In this document: piece by piece, positions 60,120 through 64,000 of the stretch
How positions within the stretch are numbered: position 1 is the first letter of the stretch
Layout of the letters: each line of letters begins with the position of its first letter
Sequence record: NC_007021.1
Origin: Staphylococcus phage Twort
DNA: 64,000 bases
Strand: one strand, 5' to 3'
Position numbers and translations under genes: made by a program
Notes under the pieces: model-generated
What the model was told of the DNA's origin: nothing
The model's database searches: none
The model's input: the letters and a program-made list of their open reading frames with translations, nothing else

Positions 60120-61169
60120 ATGGAACTTAAGAGACAAGTAGATAAATACTATAAAGATAAAATTAAAAACTTAGAAGCTGTTAACTGGAACGAGGAAGAT
60201 GAAATGGCTAATAACTTTTGGGAGTTAGCCACAACTTCCTTCTGGTTACCAGAAGACTTTGATATTTCACGAGATGTAAGCTCATGGAATAAATTAACAG
60301 ATATTGAAAAAGATACTTATAAAAAAGTTTTAGCAGGTTTAACAGGGTTAGATACTAAGCAAAGTGTTGAAGGAATGTCATTAATTGCACATCATGAACC
60401 TAGAACAAGATTTGCTCAAGTATACACAGCCTTTGATTTTTATGAATCAATCCATGCTAAGTCCTATAGTCATATTTTTACTACTTTATTATTAAATAAA
60501 GAAACAAATTACTTATTAAATGAGTGGGTAGAACAAGAACCACACCTAAAGAAAAAAGCACAGTATATTGGATATTTTTATGAAAAATTAGAACAGCCTA
60601 ATCCTAGTACATTTGATAGATATATGGCTAAAGTAGCCAGTGCTTTTTTAGAAAGCGCATTATTCTATTCAGGGTTCTATTATCCTCTACTACTATCAGG
60701 TCAAGGGGTTATGGTTCAATCAGGAACTACTATCTACAAGATTACACAAGATGAGGCATATCATGGTGTAGGAGTAGGTTATACCGCACAGTTAGATTAC
60801 CAAGAACTTACAGAAGAAGAGCAGTCTAAAGCTGATGCTCTTATGTACGAATTATTAGAAGTACTATATGAAAATGAAGTATCTTACTCACATATGTTAT
60901 ATGATAAGTTAGGATTAACGGAAGATGTTATTAGATATGTTCAATATAACTTCAATAGAGCTTTAGCTAACTTAGGGTTTGATGATTACTTTAATCCAGA
61001 ACCTTTTAATCCTATTGTAAATAACCAAACTAATGTAGATAAACTTAGTAATGCAGATTTCTTTAGTACAAAAAATGATTATAAACGCTCTATGAATACT
61101 AAAGACCTTAAAGATGAAGATTTTAAGTTTGATGATAAAGAATCTACTTTAGTAGATGAATTTTTATAA
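60120..61169 (+). CDS. nrdF: Ribonucleotide reductase beta subunit
   Basis: Ferritin-like di-iron motifs ..ESIHAKSYSHIF.., ..DEAYHGV.. Confidence 0.85.
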   Translation: MELKRQVDKYYKDKIKNLEAVNWNEEDEMANNFWELATTSFWLPEDFDISRDVSSWNKLTDIEKDTYKKVLAGLTGLDTKQSVEGMSLIAHHEPRTRFAQVYTAFDFYESIHAKSYSHIFTTLLLNKETNYLLNEWVEQEPHLKKKAQYIGYFYEKLEQPNPSTFDRYMAKVASAFLESALFYSGFYYPLLLSGQGVMVQSGTTIYKITQDEAYHGVGVGYTAQLDYQELTEEEQSKADALMYELLEVLYENEVSYSHMLYDKLGLTEDVIRYVQYNFNRALANLGFDDYFNPEPFNPIVNNQTNVDKLSNADFFSTKNDYKRSMNTKDLKDEDFKFDDKESTLVDEFL

Positions 61170-61181
61170 AGGAATGATGTT

Positions 61182-61451
61182 ATGGAAAGATTAGATAGAG
61201 ATAAAGCATTAGAGATTCTTAACAAAACAAGCATTGTTTTACAAAATCAAGAAGACTTTAATGTTTCCGAAGTACGAGATGTTTATGGTGCTAAATGTGT
61301 AACTATTGGTTATGATACAGAAGATTATTTTCTTATTTATGATAACAATAAGTTAACCTTAAATTCAAAGCCTAATGATTCAGGGTTTGACAATACAGTA
61401 ACTGTAAATTCATTTGAAGATATTTTAAATACGATTGGGGAAGAAGATTAA
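61182..61451 (+). CDS. hypothetical protein
   Basis: 89-aa ORF. Confidence 0.45.
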   Translation: MERLDRDKALEILNKTSIVLQNQEDFNVSEVRDVYGAKCVTIGYDTEDYFLIYDNNKLTLNSKPNDSGFDNTVTVNSFEDILNTIGEED

Positions 61452-61452
61452 T

Positions 61453-61761
61453 ATGGAAGAAGTAAAAAGTTTATTAGACTTAAATGTACAAGTAAGACAA
61501 AAGAAAGATGCTATTGCGTTATTGACACAAAATAATTGTGGTAAATGTGAAATCTTAAAACAGGTCATTCCACATTTAAACTTAGCTAAACCGTTATTTG
61601 TTTTAAACTTAGATGGTAAGGATGCTGACCGTGAACAAATTATTAACCACTTTGACCTTATGTCTACGCCAGTACTTGTAGGATATAAAGATGGGGAACT
61701 AGTTAAGAAGTTTGAAGATGATGTTACACCACAACAATTACAAGAACTAGAAGATTTATAA
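61453..61761 (+). CDS. thioredoxin/glutaredoxin-like protein (CGKC)
   Basis: Redox CxxC motif; ATG 61453 with RBS GGGAAGAAG preferred over the upstream TTG. Confidence 0.55.
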   Translation: MEEVKSLLDLNVQVRQKKDAIALLTQNNCGKCEILKQVIPHLNLAKPLFVLNLDGKDADREQIINHFDLMSTPVLVGYKDGELVKKFEDDVTPQQLQELEDL

Positions 61762-61840
61762 TTTTGGGTTACCGCTACTTTATGTTATACTAAGGTAGCG
61801 GGTTTGTTTAGGGGTCTACTAAACAAAGGAATGATTAATT

Positions 61841-62563
61841 TTGGCAAAGAATAAGACTTTAACTATTTATAATAGTGATAGGTACTTTAATATACATACT
61901 AAAAAGAAGTCAGAATTAGATGCTATTAAAGTACTTTCTTACAATGAAAAATCTTTAGAAAATATTATGGACGATTTAGAATCAAAATCCTCTAGATATG
62001 TTATGAGAGATGACAGACACTACTTATTATTTAATGAAAAATATAATAATGATAAGTTAATAGAAAAAATCATTAAACATGGTGGTAAAGTAACGTATTA
62101 CACAGATACTGTTGTACCTTACTATGTATTTAAAGATTTAGCTAAACACCAAGATTCTACAGTAGTATATCGTATGCGTAAAGATTTTACTGATAAAGAA
62201 ATAGATAATATAGCTTTATCTTTTATGGGTACTAAAGTTGTTGTAGATATTTCTGTTGTACTCCCTAATGTAAACCCCTATGAAATTATTAGACAGCTAC
62301 ATAGTGTTAAAACCAATGTTGATGAAGTACATTTAAGTTTCCCTAGACTTAAAGATGTATCAGATAAACAGAAAAAGTTTTATGACTTTGATGGTGAGGC
62401 ATATACTATGAAACCAGAATATAAAGTAGATTTTGCTGATAGATTACGAGTATCTTTATCAGTATGGAAGATGTACATTTATATATTAACAGATGCTAGA
62501 GACCATAAAGGCGTACAGAAGGTTATAGATAAGATAAAGAAACATAGGAAAGTTAAGATATAA
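61841..62563 (+). CDS. hypothetical protein
   Basis: TTG start with AAGGAATGATTAATT upstream. Confidence 0.45.
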   Translation: MAKNKTLTIYNSDRYFNIHTKKKSELDAIKVLSYNEKSLENIMDDLESKSSRYVMRDDRHYLLFNEKYNNDKLIEKIIKHGGKVTYYTDTVVPYYVFKDLAKHQDSTVVYRMRKDFTDKEIDNIALSFMGTKVVVDISVVLPNVNPYEIIRQLHSVKTNVDEVHLSFPRLKDVSDKQKKFYDFDGEAYTMKPEYKVDFADRLRVSLSVWKMYIYILTDARDHKGVQKVIDKIKKHRKVKI

Positions 62564-62859
62564 TGGCAAATAGAAAAGACATTGTAAGAAGAATATCAGA
62601 TAAAACTGGTTATTATATGCAAGATATTGAAGAAATACTTAATGCTGAAGCAGAGTCTATATATGAACTTCTAAAAGAAGGTAATGATAAAATAAAATAC
62701 CATAAGTTTTATCAGATAGAAGTAGAAACTAGGGAACCTAAAGAAGCATGGGATGGACTAAATAAAAGGTATTTTCAAATACCAGAAAAAAAATATATTA
62801 AGTTTAGGCCTATGTCGGAACTAGAGAAGGTAATAAAAGAAATTAACGAGGAAGAGTAA
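62563..62859 (+). CDS. HU/IHF-like DNA-binding protein
   Basis: 98 aa; ..MANRKDIVRRISDKTGY..ILNAEAESIYELL.. fits the bacterial HU/IHF fold. Confidence 0.55.
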   Translation: MANRKDIVRRISDKTGYYMQDIEEILNAEAESIYELLKEGNDKIKYHKFYQIEVETREPKEAWDGLNKRYFQIPEKKYIKFRPMSELEKVIKEINEEE

Positions 62860-62905
62860 ATTCTTCCTCTTTTTTATTGACATTCTTTTATTTATGATAT
62901 ATACT
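62848..62905 (+). promoter_or_regulatory. Terminator (gaggaag..cttcctc followed by TTTTTT) directly followed by promoter TTGACA-17-TATACT
   Basis: ttgaca 62877-62882; tatact 62900-62905. Confidence 0.5.
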
Positions 62906-62938
62906 AAGTATGTACTAATAAGGAGGAGGAGGTATAAT

Positions 62939-63250
62939 ATGGAAGATTTAATTAGTTACTTTTACTCTATGGAAAGTAAGATGTTAAATGGGTGTGAGTT
63001 AAAAACCACTATGATAGAAGACAATAAGGATATTACATTATATTTTAAGGTAAATAAAAATGTAGAGATTATTTATGTAAATCAATACACAGATTCTACT
63101 TTACTAGTACTTGATGTAGAGGCAGGAGCTGAATACGTTACAACTAAAGAAGGACTAGGGGTTTGGTTACATGAGATTACTAGAAACATGTATAATAGAA
63201 ACTACCTTAAAGTCATTGATAAATTATATAGATTAGATTGGAGAGGGTAA
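62939..63250 (+). CDS. hypothetical protein
   Basis: ATG 62939 with RBS AAGGAGGAGGAGG; the ORF-track start at 62894 falls inside the promoter. Confidence 0.5.
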   Translation: MEDLISYFYSMESKMLNGCELKTTMIEDNKDITLYFKVNKNVEIIYVNQYTDSTLLVLDVEAGAEYVTTKEGLGVWLHEITRNMYNRNYLKVIDKLYRLDWRG

Positions 63251-63252
63251 GT

Positions 63253-64000
63253 ATGAAAGCATTAATATTATTCGACCATATTAGGGAAGAACATTACTCA
63301 GTGGTTAACGGTAAACCACAATTTAAGTTACTACAAACACCTAATGGTAAAATATTAAAAAGTATCTTAAGCAAATTTGCAGGTTTAGAACGAACAAAAG
63401 AAGTTAAGAATTATGATATTAATTTCCTTTATAATGCTATCCCACAGCCTATCTATAATGACTATGGTAAAATTATTAAATACAATGATGTAAAACAAAG
63501 TGAAGTTAAACCATACTATGAAAGAATGAATAATATTATTACAGAAAATAAATATGATATTATCATTCCATTAGGTAAACTAGGTGTTAAGTATCTTCTT
63601 AATGTAAGCTCTATTGGTAAAGTAAGAGGTGTACCTACTAAGGTAGATATTGGTACCCATCAAACTTGGGTACTGCCTACGTATAGTATAGAATATACTA
63701 ATGTAAACAAAAATGCGGAGAGACATGTGGTTGCTGATTTAGAACTAGTAGGTAAGTTTGTTAAAAACGGGGAAGATGCGTTTACACCTAAAGAAGTAGA
63801 TTATGAATTAGTAACTAATATTGAACGAGTAAGGGAAATATTTAATAAAGAAGTAAAAAATGACAATAATGATGGTGTAGATATTACCGCATGGGACTTA
63901 GAAACCAACTCATTATCACCAGAGAAAAAGGGAAGTAAACCTTTAGTGTTATCAATGAGTTGGAAGAATGGACAAGGTGTTACAATACCTTTGTATAAAT
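63253..64000 (+). CDS. DNA polymerase I-type, N-terminal 3'-5' exonuclease region (partial; continues beyond the window)
   Basis: Open frame to the window end; ..DITAWDLETNSL.. is a proofreading Exo I (DxE) motif. Confidence 0.65.
   Translation, partial: MKALILFDHIREEHYSVVNGKPQFKLLQTPNGKILKSILSKFAGLERTKEVKNYDINFLYNAIPQPIYNDYGKIIKYNDVKQSEVKPYYERMNNIITENKYDIIIPLGKLGVKYLLNVSSIGKVRGVPTKVDIGTHQTWVLPTYSIEYTNVNKNAERHVVADLELVGKFVKNGEDAFTPKEVDYELVTNIERVREIFNKEVKNDNNDGVDITAWDLETNSLSPEKKGSKPLVLSMSWKNGQGVTIPLYK

Overview
Myovirus late and replication region, every gene on the + strand. The 64 kb window looks like one contiguous block of a large virulent, AT-rich phage of low-GC Gram-positive hosts. Gene order and protein sizes fit the staphylococcal Twort/K-like myoviruses (Herelleviridae) as I remember them. 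In order: terminase large-subunit 3' exon, portal, prohead protease, major capsid protein, tail sheath, tail tube, tape-measure protein, CHAP-domain tail hydrolase, baseplate and fibre proteins, helicase, SbcCD-like nucleases, primase, the nrdI-nrdE-nrdF ribonucleotide reductase operon, an HU/IHF-like protein and the start of a PolA-type DNA polymerase. The most unusual content is the load of selfish elements. At least six group I introns share a near-identical 3' core: a partial one in the terminase gene, three in the small tail-tube gene (leaving micro-exons of 41 and 23 nt), and two in nrdE. A LAGLIDADG intein sits exactly in the P-loop of the helicase. There are three homing-endonuclease-type ORFs, two intronic and one free-standing, and neither intronic one has a canonical start codon. 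Other points worth a second look: the likely +1 overlap of the two ORFs just upstream of the tape-measure gene (possible chaperone frameshift), sigma-A-like promoters built into hairpins, two overlapping tiny very basic ORFs, and two separate cell-wall-lytic domains in tail proteins. No tRNA, rRNA, CRISPR or credible minus-strand gene was seen. Exact splice sites and start codons are inferred by eye from alignment of the intron copies and flanking protein motifs and need experimental confirmation.
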